Notes: generated by a model from the letters alone, not told the origin. A DNA stretch of 63,873 bases, filler included, from Octopus bimaculoides (GCF_001194135.2; 7 parts of 7 records of this genome joined end to end with filler, not necessarily neighbours in it), one strand, 5' to 3'. Shown: positions 12,601 to 25,360, counted from the first letter of the whole stretch. Numbers and translations are program-made.

Positions 12601-12642
12601 CCCCGCAACAGGAGAGTCCATCATATATATATACCCCTCAAC

Positions 12643-12693
<51 letters not shown>

Positions 12694-12769
12694 GAAGCCA
12701 AATTCTTTCCACACCAGAACAATTACATTTATATTCAAAATTTAAGATTAAAATAAAAATTCTTTTCAA

Positions 12770-13900
12770 AGTGTTTCAATGATTGCAACAAGGGAAAGTT
12801 CTCTTGGCAGAGTCTTAAGGAAGTTGGACAAAATAGCTTTTGTATCTATTCTGGCTCTCAACATTTTGAGTTCAAATGCAGGTGAGGTCAGTTTTGCATT
12901 TTTTGGTGCACCGTGCAACATGTGCAGCTCATCTCTGTTTGTTCAGACGGTATTCTGCGATAATGTCCTTCATTCCAGTTCTTTGCCTGACCTGCTTGTT
13001 TCAGATGAGATCTCTCAACGAGATTCCCAGCATCATCCACATTTCACCTGCATGGCGTATTGCATGTAGAACCATGCTTTTGAAGAGGTTGGCATCTGGG
13101 TTCTCGTTATTTTCTCCCTACCTGACTGAAATCATTACCTTGCAAGTATTGCATCATTATTTTGTACTGTTACATCATCTTCAGGAGTGAAGATTGGTCA
13201 GCAGGGATGTTGTTATTGTTGTTGTTGTTGAAGTTGAGAGTTTGGAACATTGTCAGGAGACAGGTACCATTTTTTCCAATACATTTTTCCTCAGCTTTTG
13301 GTAATTAAGGCTGTTAATGAAATAACTGGGTAATTTTTGTGGTTTAATAATTAATATTCTTTTCTCTGTTGGAATCCAACTCAATTCTTTTCCCACATTA
13401 ATGTCTAATTTGATGATGCTTAAGTTTCAAAAACTGATGTCTAAAATGGTGTAAAATGAGTAATGTCTAAATTCAATGATTTCTTCTCTTTAATCGTATC
13501 GTGTTTAAATATATCACGAAGTGAACATCCCAGAAAATTCTGAAGAAGCTACAGAGAATGTTTCCGGTGAGGTTTTTCTTATTTCGTCGAGGTTCATTCA
13601 TTTCATATCGTGTGCAATTTTTCTTTTGATCCTCTTTCATTTGACCTAGATAGTATTTAATTTCTTTTTTGTTTTGCATTTCAAACCTTTCTCATGTCTA
13701 AGGATGGATATTAACTTGTCTGAGTCTGTTTTCTGGGGAAATAAAGCAGCAAATTCACTTCCTCTCAGCTTAATCATTTTGCTCCAGTCAAATTAGTCTT
13801 TTATATCCTCAAAAGAGAATGGTGATAATTTTCTGAACTAATGAACCAATTATGTGATAATATTTTTAATGCCATTTGGGAAGGCCATTTGCTTAGCTGA
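12770..13900 (-). mobile_element. Degenerate RTE-clade LINE, RT C-terminal region
   Basis: Minus strand: YYLGQ; MMLGISLRD; NKQVRQRTGMKDIIAEYRLNKQR*AAHVAR resembles RTE LGISLRDHIRNEEIR..TKVKDII....KWRWAGHVAR; many stops. Confidence 0.75.
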
Positions 13901-14291
13901 TGTCGTTCTTGTAAGGTAGTGAACAGGTGTAAGAATTACATTTTTGCCTCTCAAAGTCAAAAATGCAGTAAAAACACCTCATTCCTCCCACCACCCCACC
14001 CTCTATATATATATTACAGTGTTTAGGCACGAGAAGCAAACATTATATTAGCTCAATATTTCCATACATTCAAATGGGAAACAAATTTCTTACTATACAG
14101 CCACAGCTAGAACCAGGTCACCGTTTATTGAGCAGACATGATAAAATGCATCTCAACCATGACCATCTCGTTGGTATATANNNNNNNNNNGAACTACACT
14201 ATCTAATATGTTATATGATAAGTGTGATTAGGGGAAAATTGGTTGCTATTTCTTGTAGACCATGTGAACTTGTACATGCACCCTTACTGTG

Positions 14292-14346
<55 letters not shown>

Positions 14347-14654
14347 CTTGTTCTGCTGATAAGAAAAGTCGTTGGTCAACAACATAAATTTAATCTGCTG
14401 AAAGAGAGAGAGAGAAAGAGTTAATGGTACTTTATCTAATTCTACCATGTGTACGTGACATTCCTGTTGCGTTGCAGGGCTGCTTAGAGTGAACCAAGAT
14501 AAGGAGTGGTGGTGCCATTTCACTCCTTACAAATCTAATAATAGAAATAAAGTCCAGTAGAAAGACGATATTTCAACATTTGAATTGGGTGCGAAACATG
14601 AAAAATAGCTAGAGCCATTAGAAATAGCAGCCAAATGCCCCTAAATGCTAGTGA

Positions 14655-14820
14655 AGCAGCTAATTGATTGCATCGACCATAATACTTGACTAGTACTTAA
14701 TTTATCGACCCCAGAACAATGAAAGGCAAACTCACCCTCTGCAGGAATTGAACTCACAACATGAAGAAGGATGAAATTGTGTTAAAACATTTTCTCCAAC
14801 ACATGAACGATTCTGCTTCA
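14655..14820 (-). mobile_element. SINE family B, degenerate
   Basis: gcatcgacc...agtacttaatttatcgacccc...tgaaaggcaaa...attgaactcac. Confidence 0.7.
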
Positions 14821-15299
14821 ACAATGACTTATATACACACACACATACTATAACAACAACAACAACAATATATAGTTGTATAAATATATCTTCTAGAAAT
14901 AGCAGTCAAATCCCCTAAAACCACACATCAAACTCTGTTCTGTCTGAAGCAAAGATCTGCATTATAGGCTAGTGTCTTGGGTGTGTATGAGGCAATAAAT
15001 GATAGGTAGAGCTGCCTGAAATAGCAGCCAAAGGATCCTCCGATTTACTATACTTCTGAAATTAACTTCTGTTTATAAGCCCTTTATGTCACGAAAAACT
15101 AATGAAGTGTAACAGATCAATTAAACTGTGACATTTGATATGCTAGAAAGAATAGCAAGATCTTGGTGTGATTCTGTGGGATGATAGAGAGAGAGAGAAA
15201 TTATAGAGTGAAGCAGAAAGAGGGAGATCTGATGTATGAATGATTGATGTATTTCTAGACCTACAGTCAGAAATAGCAACCAAATCTCCCAGGGTCACA

Positions 15300-15343
15300 A
15301 ATCTATCTATCTGTCTGTCCATCTGTCCGTCCGTCCATCCAGC

Positions 15344-15388
<45 letters not shown>

Positions 15389-15407
15389 GCCTGCCTGCTT
15401 GCCTGCC
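15300..15407. repeat. Compound (ATCT)/(GTCT)n/(GCCT) tetranucleotide microsatellite
   Basis: Direct inspection; abuts the 5' end of the Tx1-like element. Confidence 0.92.
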
Positions 15408-17578
15408 AAACACGAAAGGTGCATCGTCAGGGCTAGGATGCATGCTCTAAGAAACGATGGTAATGGAGCCGTACAAGAGGCCCGGGTGCCGGAAGCACAA
15501 CAAAGAAAGATCCAAACAGCGGGGACGTAGTAGATAACTTTTGGCCTCAATGTAGGCTTTAAAATTTTGGCCAAGGTGCTAGCCAAGAGGTTGGTACTTG
15601 TCATCGAGAAACTGGTGGACAAGGCGTAAACATGCGCTGTGCTGGCTCAGAGCATCCATGACAACTTTCACTTCATGCGCTACATCATAGGGAGTGTGGC
15701 TAAGGAACCTGGCATGGGTGGGGCACTGATCAATTTGGATCAATCTAAAGCTTTCGATAGAGTAGACCATCAATACTTGAAGGCTGTCCTCAGAGCGGCT
15801 GGGTTCGGTCCCGTTTTCCGCAGCTGGATCGTTGCCCTATACAAAGGCATCCAATCAGTAATTCGCGTGAATGGGCATCTATTGAGACCATTCGACATTG
15901 CACGTTCAGTCCGTCTGGTTGCTTCTGTACGTGTTAACCCGCGAGCCACTACTGTGGAAGCTAGCAATGCTGAGGCGCATCCCACGAGAATTGGGATGTA
16001 GGATGAGCATGTCTGCATACGCAGACAATGTCACCATTACAGTGTCTATCCCCAACTACATTGAGCTAATCGGTGAGATGCTGAAAGACTATGAAGCAAC
16101 AACAGGAGCGAAAATCAACTGGGAAAAGTCAGTGGGCTTGCAGCTCGGTACCTGGGGAAGCAAGCCCATGCCATCCAAAACAGCGCCTCCTCTGTTTGAT
16201 GCTGGACCGACGGGCCGGTCGAGTTGCTCGGGGTCTGTTTTGGTCTGGACCTCCAAAATGAGAAGAACCAGGATGAGATAACGAGTAGGGTGGCCACTCT
16301 TGCCCGGCAATGGGCTGAGAGGAAGCTGTCCCTAATAGGTGGCGAACACGTACATCGCGTCCATCATCTGTTACCGTCTGACCATCGTGCCTTGTCCTGA
16401 CCCTACCATCACCAAACTGGAATGCATCCTCTTCCGCTTCTTGTGGAAGGGCAGTGTTCCGATGGTCAGGCGATCTGTCTGCTGCCAACATCTGCTAAAA
16501 GGAGCCCTGGTTGATGTTATGCAGACACGCGATGAGACTGCGACAGTGAAAAGGTGTGGTTGCCATTTGTGAGGTGTGCTTTCTCGCAGCTCATCTCCAT
16601 GACCAACCTGTAGTCATGAATCAAAAAGAGGCCAAGGAAGGGCGAATGGCTCAGCGAGTTTCGCATTGCTCTTGGGCAACTATGCCATCCTGGGTTGACC
16701 TTGAGCGACTGCATTACAACCAAAGCATTCTCTAGGGGATTAGTCGAGGGGAGGTATGACGATGATCTCAGGGTGAATCTGGGTGTCGACGAGGAATGCC
16801 TGACCTGCCGGTTCAAGATGACTTTTGAGCAAGAACCTATGGACAACTTCCAGAGATCTCTGGCCTGGCAGTGCTATCGAGAAGCGCTACCCATTCGGGA
16901 TAGGCTCTACAGGCATGGCTCGTGAAACACAGGGCCAACCTGCCCGAGATATCGTCAGAGCAACGAAACCATTCTCCGTGCACTCGTACAGTGTCCAACC
17001 ATTTCCGACCTGTGGACCTGTGTCGAATGACTGCTATCGCGTGTGGGACGAGTCGATTTATCAGGCGAGTCTATCGTCAATATACTTGTCTATTCTAGGC
17101 ACAAGGCCCGCGTCTGAAAGGTCTAGAGACAAACACTTTCCTCGCTGATCAATCTCTCATCAGCCTCTTCAAGTATCACTGGAAGAGGAAGGTGAGAGTA
17201 GAGAGGGAAGTCTTGTCTAGTGGATGCTTCAAAAAAAGATGGGTGAATGTAGACAGGATGACACGGGTGAATGACAGAGCCACCTTGAGCATAATCCTAT
17301 GAACCAGAAAACAAAGGAAAAAAAGAGACTCATTTACTGTAATGCGTTTTTTTTTTTGTGTGATATTATTGCCCAAGGTTACCGTGGTCTTTTGCGTAGG
17401 TTTTTCTTTCCACAGATAAAAATTAATCCGTTTTCCCTTTTACATTTATGACATTTCTGTGATACACGATCACTATTGATCGGAATTTTATCCCCCTGCC
17501 TTTTCTTCCCCCAAAAGAAAAGCTCTACATTGTATTTCGTCTCCTCTGTATTCGGCCCTGTGTGGCTAATTAAGAAAC
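15408..17578 (+). mobile_element. 5'-truncated, frameshifted Tx1/L1-clade non-LTR retrotransposon (RT + zinc-finger region + 3' UTR)
   Basis: KILAKVLAKRL; LINLDQSKAFDRVDHQYL; SAYADNVT; GAKINWEKSVGLQLGTW; ILFRFLWKG; LAWQCYREALPIRDRLYRHG; ends ggctaattaagaaac. Confidence 0.92.
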
Positions 17579-18162
17579 ATATCTGTCTGTCTGTCTGTCC
17601 AGTGGCCAGGGAACAAAATTTGCTTAGGGGGTGCAAACTCAGTTTCAAAATTTGGCACTACTGGAGAAGTGTGGATCCGAGTTCTGGGAGTATGCATGTC
17701 ACAAATTTGCGCATGTGCCCGTGTTAGTCGTAAGTAGTCAAATTTAGCACACGGGTAAAAAACGAGATGCTCGCTACTTGCTGTAAATGGAGGGTGGGTT
17801 ATCCATCTGATACAAGAAAATTGCAGATAAATTGAATAAAAACATGAAAAATAACAAAATGACATTTCATTGAAAAGTAAACCATTCTGAAAGATAGTTC
17901 AGAATGTTTTCAAAACATTCATCTCCAGCTTTTCCCATATTTTATTAAGGGTTAGGGATTNNNNNNNNNNNNNNNNNNNNNNNNNNNNNNNNNNNNNNNN
18001 NNNNTTAATTAATTAANNNNNNNNNNNNNNNNNNNNNNNNNNNNNNNNNNNNNNNNNNNNTCATTGTGTGTTTTATCTTCTGCCCAGATTTTATTCCAAA
18101 ATTCTTGCGCTTCTTCTTTTGATGGGACAGACTTTATTGTTACTGGTGTTTTCCCTATCTTT

Positions 18163-18177
18163 ATTCTTCTTCTTCTT

Positions 18178-18252
<75 letters not shown>
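18163..18252. repeat. (TTC)n + (ATT)n microsatellite
   Basis: Direct inspection. Confidence 0.95.
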
Positions 18253-18879
18253 TAGTAAGAGAGCAATGCCCGCCAGAGTGACACTGAGATACAAATATAC
18301 GAAGCCGAATATACATATTATGACTACCCGTCTGATAAGGGTACACAATGCACATGCATCACAAATATATGTGTACGACATGGTGACCTTAATACCAAGA
18401 TAAGCTGCGCATGACCTTCCAGGTGGAGCCCAGTTAGAATTTTATTCAGATTGAGTTGCTCATGCTGATCAAAAAGGTCCCTGAATGAGGTTCGTTTAAG
18501 AACGATGGACGAAATACTCATGATTCCAATGATGAATTTTTCAAACCCCAATGAATTTTTCGCAGCGCATGGCCATGATGCTCTCTTACTTCGACTTCTC
18601 ATGATTAAAGATGCATATATCGTCAGCCACAAAGGAACATACTCAGCTGGTTAAGGTCAAACAACTGACAAGCAAATCTGGTTTTGAGCAGAATATTTGT
18701 TGTGGCATCTTTTTGTACCAAGACAGAACACGTACATGATAATACTTCCAGTCAGATAAGATCAGAAGCTATGAGAGTCACTGCCTGGTACTGTATATAT
18801 CACTATAAACATTATCATTATTGAAGACGTCGCACAGTATCCAATATCGTGATGCTGTTGATTGAAGATATTGTGTCTA
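18253..18879 (-). mobile_element. Unclassified interspersed repeat, possibly the long 3' UTR of the adjacent RLE element
   Basis: Lies between the RLE ORF stop (18905) and an (AAT)n tract in minus orientation; no coding signal. Confidence 0.35.
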
Positions 18880-19600
18880 TCGGGACTTTGTAATGTCTGT
18901 CAAGTTACAACAAGGACATCACACAGACAGTACCGTACGCAATATGCGTGCAGTTCCTAGTAATGCCGATTTTTGCAATACGCTTAGATTGTACGGTATT
19001 TCTAAAGTTTCCAGATGTTTTTTTTCCAGATTGGGTGGATGCTCCGATGACAACATTTATGTTTGACTTTCGTAGCTGCCACGTCTTAGCAATCTCAATT
19101 CTCAGGTCTCCATATTTATCCCCCTTTTCTCTTTCTTTCATGATGATATGTTGATCTCCTGGCACTGCAACGTCAATTATTAGGCACACTTGTTTGTCCC
19201 TCCTAAATGTTACCATATCCGGCCTACGATGCTCTAACACCTTGTCTGTCCGGAAGTCGAATTACTGGTGGATTTTTGCCATCCTCTTTTCATCCATTAC
19301 GTTTTTCGGTGTATGTTGGTACCAAGCACTCGTTACCTCGTAGTTATACTTCGGGCAGTGAAAGTTTGGGGCTACCTTAACGTGTCTGTGCTTGTACTCT
19401 TTTTGCCCAAGACTTTCACAAGCACTAACAATGTGAGTCACGCTTTCGACTCCCTTTTCACACATTCGGCAGAAGTTCGTTGCACTTCAGTGGTATATAT
19501 CACTTTTCACTGCGTTGATATTTAATGCCTGATCCTGGGCAGCGATTATTAGGCTTTCAGTATTCTTTTTTAGGTCACCCTTGCTGAGCCACCTCTATGA
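18880..19600 (-). mobile_element. Dong/R4-like RLE non-LTR retrotransposon fragment (CCHC knuckle + RLE)
   Basis: C..C..GVESVTHIVSACESLGQKEYKHRH..VA; RRPDMVTFRRDKQVCLIIDVAVPGD..KEREKGDKYGDLRIEIAKTW. Confidence 0.88.
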
Positions 19601-19629
19601 TGCTTCCTGATTTTTTAAGTTGTTAGCTT

Positions 19630-19635
19630 TTATTA

Positions 19636-19685
<50 letters not shown>

Positions 19686-19686
19686 G
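19630..19686. repeat. (ATT)n microsatellite / tail of the adjacent RLE element
   Basis: Direct inspection. Confidence 0.92.
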
Positions 19687-20062
19687 TCTTTGCAGAGCTT
19701 CTAACGCTGGAGATGTACTGCGGTGTCAGCTGTTCACTACCAGAGATCTAAGGTAACACCTCTTATTTTTCGAGCAACTTCCGGAGTATTCGGGTGGTTC
19801 CAAGCAGTGCGGTTTTCTGCAAGTGCTCCACCCTTATTGTAGCCCCTATTTGTTCCACGTACTTCTCGGGGATTTTGCTCCGACAATTATTGGTAATAAT
19901 GTTACCTTTTTCATCCACCACAACTGCTTAACTTCCCAAGCTAACCTGTCATATCTCTCAACTTTTCCTTCTTCCTTATCGCATACCTTGTTGTCAGCTG
20001 GGCATGCTATATCTATGATCCAGCATAGTTTGTTTTCTTTCTCAATTAAGACTATGTCTGGC
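19687..20062 (-). mobile_element. 3' end of a second Dong/R4-like RLE element
   Basis: PDIVLIEKENKLCWIIDIACPADNKVCDKEEGKVERYDRLAWEVKQLW..LQKTALLGTTRILRKLLEK*, short UTR, then (AAT)n. Confidence 0.88.
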
Positions 20063-20099
20063 TAAGGCAGCGACCTGGCAGAATCGTTGGCACACCGGA

Positions 20100-20630
20100 C
20101 GATTCCGGTTAGTGTGTCAATGTAGTTTATTTCTGTCTTGTATTTTTTCGCCACCTTGTGTATAGAGAAAAGCGTTTTATTTTTCTCATGTTGCTTTATT
20201 ACATGCTGTAGTCATCTCCTCTTTGTTTCCAAGTACGTTGCTTGTCCAATTGTTTTGATTTCATAGTAGTTTCCTATCTGTATCAGGCCACAGCCTCTTT
20301 CTGAGCGGGGTAGATATACTCTGTCTGCGTCTGTTTTGGGGTGGTGACTTCAGTACTCTATTAGTAGTTTTCTGATTTTTCTGTCTGGGTTTCTCAATTC
20401 ACTGATCTTCCAGTTTATTATGTTAAAGCTGTAATTTATGACGGGTATGGCTAGCGTTTGTATCCCTAGTATCTTATTTTTAGCATTAAGTTCAGTGTTT
20501 AATTTTTTGCCTGATAAAGCAATCTGGCCTTTTTGTGAACCAAATTACAGTAGGTCAACTACTCTGCTGTTAGGGAATTTTTCTTCTTGAAATTTTCTGT
20601 GTTATATCTTTCGATATATTTTTTATTAAT
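20100..20630 (-). mobile_element. RT-distal fragment of a Dong/R4-like element
   Basis: ELNAKNKILGIQTLAIPVINYSFNIINW..DRKIRKLL..HHPKTDADRVYLPRSERGCGLIQI. Confidence 0.8.
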
Positions 20631-20725
20631 ATTATTAATGCAAATCCCACGTTGTGCGCGTTGTATTTCGCCCTTGCTTTTGTACTCAATGTAATCAAAA
20701 AATGTTTCAAATTATATATGATCAT

Positions 20726-21092
20726 GTGCAGGAGTGCCTAGGCGTAGTAGTGGGTGGGTGGTAAGAAGCTTGCTTCTCAAACACATGGTTCTAGGTTTAA
20801 TCCCACTGGCTGGCACCTCGGGCAAGTGTCTACTACTATAGCCTCCGGCTGACCAAATCCATGTGGGTGGATTTGTTAGATGGAATCTGAAAGAATCCCG
20901 TCGTGTGTGTGTGTATGTGTATCTGTGTGTGTCTGTCTGTCTGTTTGTACCCCCACCATCGATTGACAACCGATCTTTGTATGACTATGTCCTGTAACTT
21001 AGCGGTTCGGCAAAAGGACCCGATAGAAAAAGTACTAGGCTTACAAAGAATAAGTTCTAGGGTCGTTTTTTTTCGACTAAAGGCGGTGCTTT
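20726..21092 (+). mobile_element. SINE family A, 3'-truncated
   Basis: Head, internal (TG)n and tail up to aaggcggtgc. Confidence 0.87.
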
Positions 21093-21389
21093 GAAACAAA
21101 TCAAAGAAGGAAAGCATGTTATACGGTATAAATTACAAATATAAATGCATATGCACACGAGAATGTGGTGGGGGGGGTACATACGTATAAATGTTGTGTG
21201 ATGGTTTTGTAAGAATAATAATTTACTATGACCTTCACTTTTCCTCTTATTTAAAGTAACGCGTACTCTCAATAACCATTTCTTTAATGAACAATAGTAA
21301 TTATAATAATAACAGACTAGTTTTAAAATAATTTTAAATAAATAATTACTTAATAAAACATTTGTCATATGTATTGATCTCTAAAATTT

Positions 21390-21603
21390 TCGTTTCAAAT
21401 TTTGGCACAAGGTCAGCAATTTTGAGAAGTAGTTAAGTCGACTACATCGACCTCAGTATTCTACTGGTACTTATTTTATCAACTCAGAAAGGATGAAAGG
21501 CAAAGTCGACCTCGGTGAAATTTGATCTCAGAACGAAAGATTGGACAAAATGCCGCTAAGCATTTCGTCCGGCGTTCTAACGATTCTGCCAGCTCGCTGC
21601 CTT
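21390..21603 (-). mobile_element. SINE family B
   Basis: Full-length match to the other family B copies. Confidence 0.87.
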
Positions 21604-21856
21604 ATTCATCTCAAATTTTACCATGAATTTTCTGTAATTATATTGTTTTGCACAATTTGAAAATGGAAAAATTTTCAAATCTACACGACGTGATTTTCTC
21701 AAATATTTTTATATCTAAAAACATCTCATGTAATACTCTAGACTCTTTATATAATTCATGTAGCAAAAATATACAGAATTTGAAACACGCGACTATTAGA
21801 TGAATACTGTATGAGTTTGTTAGTGTAATATTACACTAATCTACTAGATATATATC

Positions 21857-22068
21857 CCTTTCTTCTCTAGACACAAGGCCCGGAATTTGGGGGAGGGGGC
21901 AGTCGATTAGATGGACCTCAGTAAACAACTAGTACTCAATTTATCGACACCAAAAGGATGAAAGGCAAAGTCGACCTCGGCGGAATTTGAACTCAGAACG
22001 TAAAGACAGACGAAATACCGCTAAGTATTTCGCCCGGCGTGCTAACGATTCTGCCAGCTCGCCGCCTT
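21857..22068 (-). mobile_element. SINE family B with 16-bp TSD
   Basis: Flanked by ctactagatatatatc (21841-21856) / ctgctagatatatatc (22069-22084). Confidence 0.92.
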
Positions 22069-22369
22069 CTGCTAGATATATATCATTACTACAATTTCCA
22101 CGATGACTATTTCGGGAATAAATTAAATAAAAATGTGTGGAAAAAGGAGAAAATCAGAATTAGAGACACAAATTATGCTGTGTATCTTGAAACCTGGTCT
22201 GAATGTGAAATAACTGATAAATTCAGTTCAATATTGCGTATTTGTGAACTATAATATCCATGGAAATATTTCACAAACACAAATTTTCTATGACAGAAGA
22301 TGATCGACTACATCCTAAGGATGATGATGGAAATTTATAAAGGCATTTTATCATTGATTTGCAAACTTC

Positions 22370-22560
22370 CTGTCTCCGAAATGGAACTTCCTTTCATCAG
22401 CTTACGCCACTATATCTTCCAGTTCGAGTGGCTTTCACAATGACAGTGAATACATCTCAATGTCAATCATTAAGCTATATATTTCTCTCCTTCTCAACCG
22501 ATATATGTGGGCATGAATAATTGTATGAATCGCTGTCAAGAACTACACCAGGAAGAAGCC
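22370..22560 (+). mobile_element. Degenerate Helitron PIF1-like helicase C-terminal fragment
   Basis: LPVRVAFTMTVNTSQCQSL...GHE*LYESLSR resembles FPVRLAFAMTINKSQGQSL...HGQLYVALSR. Confidence 0.72.
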
Positions 22561-22944
22561 ATATCGCTGTCAGATCTGTGGTAAATATTTCAGTTTCGGA
22601 AGAGTCTTAACCACTTGCAAACATATTCATTCCGAAGTAAAACTATATTCTAGTCGTAGTAAATCCTCCTCTCAAAGATTTAGCTTAACTATATAGACAT
22701 TAATACAGGAGAGAATCCATATCACTGTGGTATAATATTATCAGGAAATTATGACTTAACTTCTCAATGTGATCGATATTGTGTGTAGCACTGATGATTG
22801 TATTGCATTAAAACATTTTTCAAAAGCTTTCATATTGGATATGTAAATTAGATAAAAGTTTATATTCATACATATGATTTAATATACACACTATTTATTT
22901 AATATACTTACTGTTTATATACTTTTAAATAGTATTGTCATTAT

Positions 22945-23065
22945 TCTAGTTCAAATTCCGACGTGGTCGATTTGGCCTTTCATGGTGGTCGATAAAATAA
23001 GTACTACTTGATCTAATTGAATTGCTCCGTTCCCGCAAAATTACCTGTCATGTACCCTAATTAGA
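22945..23065 (+). mobile_element. SINE family B, partial and degenerate
   Basis: gttcaaattccgacgtggtcgatttggcctttcat...gtcgataaaataagtac. Confidence 0.65.
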
Positions 23066-23404
23066 AAGTCTTACCTAATAATTATATTCATGGAATTATA
23101 TTAGCAGTTAATCAGTGTAACTGTGAAGTTGAGGAATATGTATTTACATGGATTTAATATGGACATTCAAGTTCTCATAGCTGGTATGATCCAGAACTGT
23201 CTTCAAACTAGGTAGTCGATCCTTACTGTAGCTATAGATATTATACAAGGTCATTATGCACAGAAGAACTAAAGGAAGGATAGCAACAAAAGAGGTAACA
23301 TAACATGGAGGAGACAGGGGTAGAAGAGCGGGGTGGGGAGTAGTTTCATAGCATAAATGCACCAATCAGTTACAAATTTCTGAAAAATATTCACACAGAT
23401 TTTA

Positions 23405-23530
23405 AAAAATAAAACAATTTCAGTTGAAGTCGATTTGTCTTTCATCCAGTCGAGATTGATAAAATAAGTATCACTAAATGTAAACGACTTGCCCCTCACC
23501 TCAAATTTTTTTGTCTTCTGCCTAAATTAG
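23405..23530 (+). mobile_element. SINE family B, partial and degenerate
   Basis: gtcgatttgtctttcatcc...gataaaataagta...cgacttgcccctc. Confidence 0.6.
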
Positions 23531-24344
23531 ATAGTCCTGTCGAGTAGTTACCTTTTTGGAATAATATTAACAGCTAGTCCGTACAAATATAAGGTTTGAG
23601 GATATGTGGTCGTGCTTTGAAAATTATAAGCAGAGATTCTAACATTAAATCAGATTTAAAAGTTATAGTTTAGCAATAACCCACGTTAAAAAATTCACAT
23701 GAGAAAAAACCTTCTGACAAATAACTTGCCATCAATACACGAAGCGAAAGTGTAATGGCAAACATAGGCAGTAGTAGCTACACAGTCACTTATGATCCCT
23801 CGCAACAAGCGAGGTTTTAGACTTAAGCACGGCTCCACCAAAGCACCAATTTGGGTATAGGAATGTGACGGAGAGATAATGCCTTGCGCACGAATATCAT
23901 ATCCAAGTGGTAAGGAGAATGTTAAACAAATTACCATATATTTTATTACGATTATGGAGGGGGAGTGCATTTTGGATGCCATTCACAAACGATTGTTTGG
24001 AGATATATCATTGTCCTGTGAGGGACGTAAAATGTAAAGTAGTATCTGTCTGATTTTCATAAAAAACACAAGTTCAAATGAAATATTGAAATGACATCTA
24101 CCATTTACGCTTGTCTGAAGGACATAGCGCAGCGTTATACAGCGACGGTAGTCAGGGTGTTCACATTAACACTGAAGACAGTCTCACATTTGTAATGTAA
24201 TATAAGATAGTTGCCTCTGTGGAGGTGACAAAGAACGCAATGTAGTCAGAACCTATATCGACTAGTAAGTGTCTGTCAACTCTTTGAAACGTAGCGACAA
24301 TCCAGAGCATTATCTTGTTGTGGGTTAAGAAATTAATAAGATTG

Positions 24345-24500
24345 ATGGTGCATGTATTTTATGGACCCAGAACGGATGATGGTACTGTATTTTATAAACC
24401 CAGAACGGATGAAAGGCAAAGTTGACCTAAGCGAAATTTGAAATCAGAATGTAAAGAGCCGAAAGAAACACAAGAAAGCATTTTTACGGCTCTCAAACAA
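24345..24500 (-). mobile_element. SINE family B, degenerate, with internal ~33-bp tandem duplication
   Basis: gtattttat..acccagaacggatga occurs twice, then aaggcaaagttgacc. Confidence 0.65.
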
Positions 24501-25189
24501 TTCTTCTGCCTTTCTAATAGAATATCATTGTCCTTTTTGTATCGAAATAGCACATTATTAATTAATTAGCGATCATAGTGCAAAAGCGATGCCAATTGTT
24601 AATCAGCATCACAAATATCCCATGAATAAGTTTAATGTCAAAGGCATCGAAATGTGTGATGGCCATGCATCATGTTTACAGCATTTTATGTTAGTTTCTA
24701 CCCGGCCCAATGTCGAAATCATTGTCCCTAAAGTGTAAACTGCGTTGTCTTTTTGAATGAAGTATTGTGTTCATACATTACATTGAGATTTATTTTATTG
24801 GTTGTATTTTATGTCTTTGATTTTTATTCTAATATTTCGTTTGTTATGCAGAGTACGTACATTATTGAATTATATTATTTTCTCTGCTGGACATTGTGTT
24901 CCACTTTGTGTTCCGCATATGCTGCGTGATCGATGTTTTATCAATTTGTTTTGAATAGTGAATTTTTATAGAATGTATGGAGTGGGTTGCAATTGAGTGG
25001 CAACCAAATGAATTGTTTGTGTTCTTGTTTCATTGATCGGTATTGACTATAAAAGGAGATGTGGTGATTCTGTTACATACCTGAGTGTCTGTGATGTGCT
25101 ATTTTGCATGATGGTAATTCCATAGACTGTGTCATGACAATCATTTTGTGGGTGTGAGAGTCTCCCTCAAGTAATCAATTGAATCATAG

Positions 25190-25360
25190 ATGACTTCGTA
25201 GAATTTGACAATTTGAGACGCAAGGCTCTCTCTTAGATTGTATGTAAGGATGTGAGCCAGGATTTTCTATGATCTATAGTTTCTTTAACTATCATTGGTA
25301 TTGTTTCTACTTTCATGCCCACCTCCTGTTTATTTGAATTACAGGATCTTTGTACTCTTC
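25190..25360 (-). mobile_element. Highly degenerate RLE 3' fragment (Dong/R4-like)
   Basis: EYKDPVIQINRR-GMKVETIPMIV resembles KYKDLEIEITRMWNLKTETIPIIV of the 33678 copy. Confidence 0.5.

Noticed and set aside
14101-14174. Exon-like segment PQLEPGHRLLSRHDKMHLNHDHLV, phase-compatible with 14480
   Set aside because: Resembles a dispersed repeat also echoed near 40490-40515; the downstream piece has no good donor
14615-15300. CRISPR-like repeat-spacer array
   Set aside because: Irregular long spacers, diverged repeats, eukaryotic context, no cas genes
23695-23982. 95-aa minus ORF and a KHQFGYRN RT-like word on plus
   Set aside because: No further motifs; multiple stops on plus
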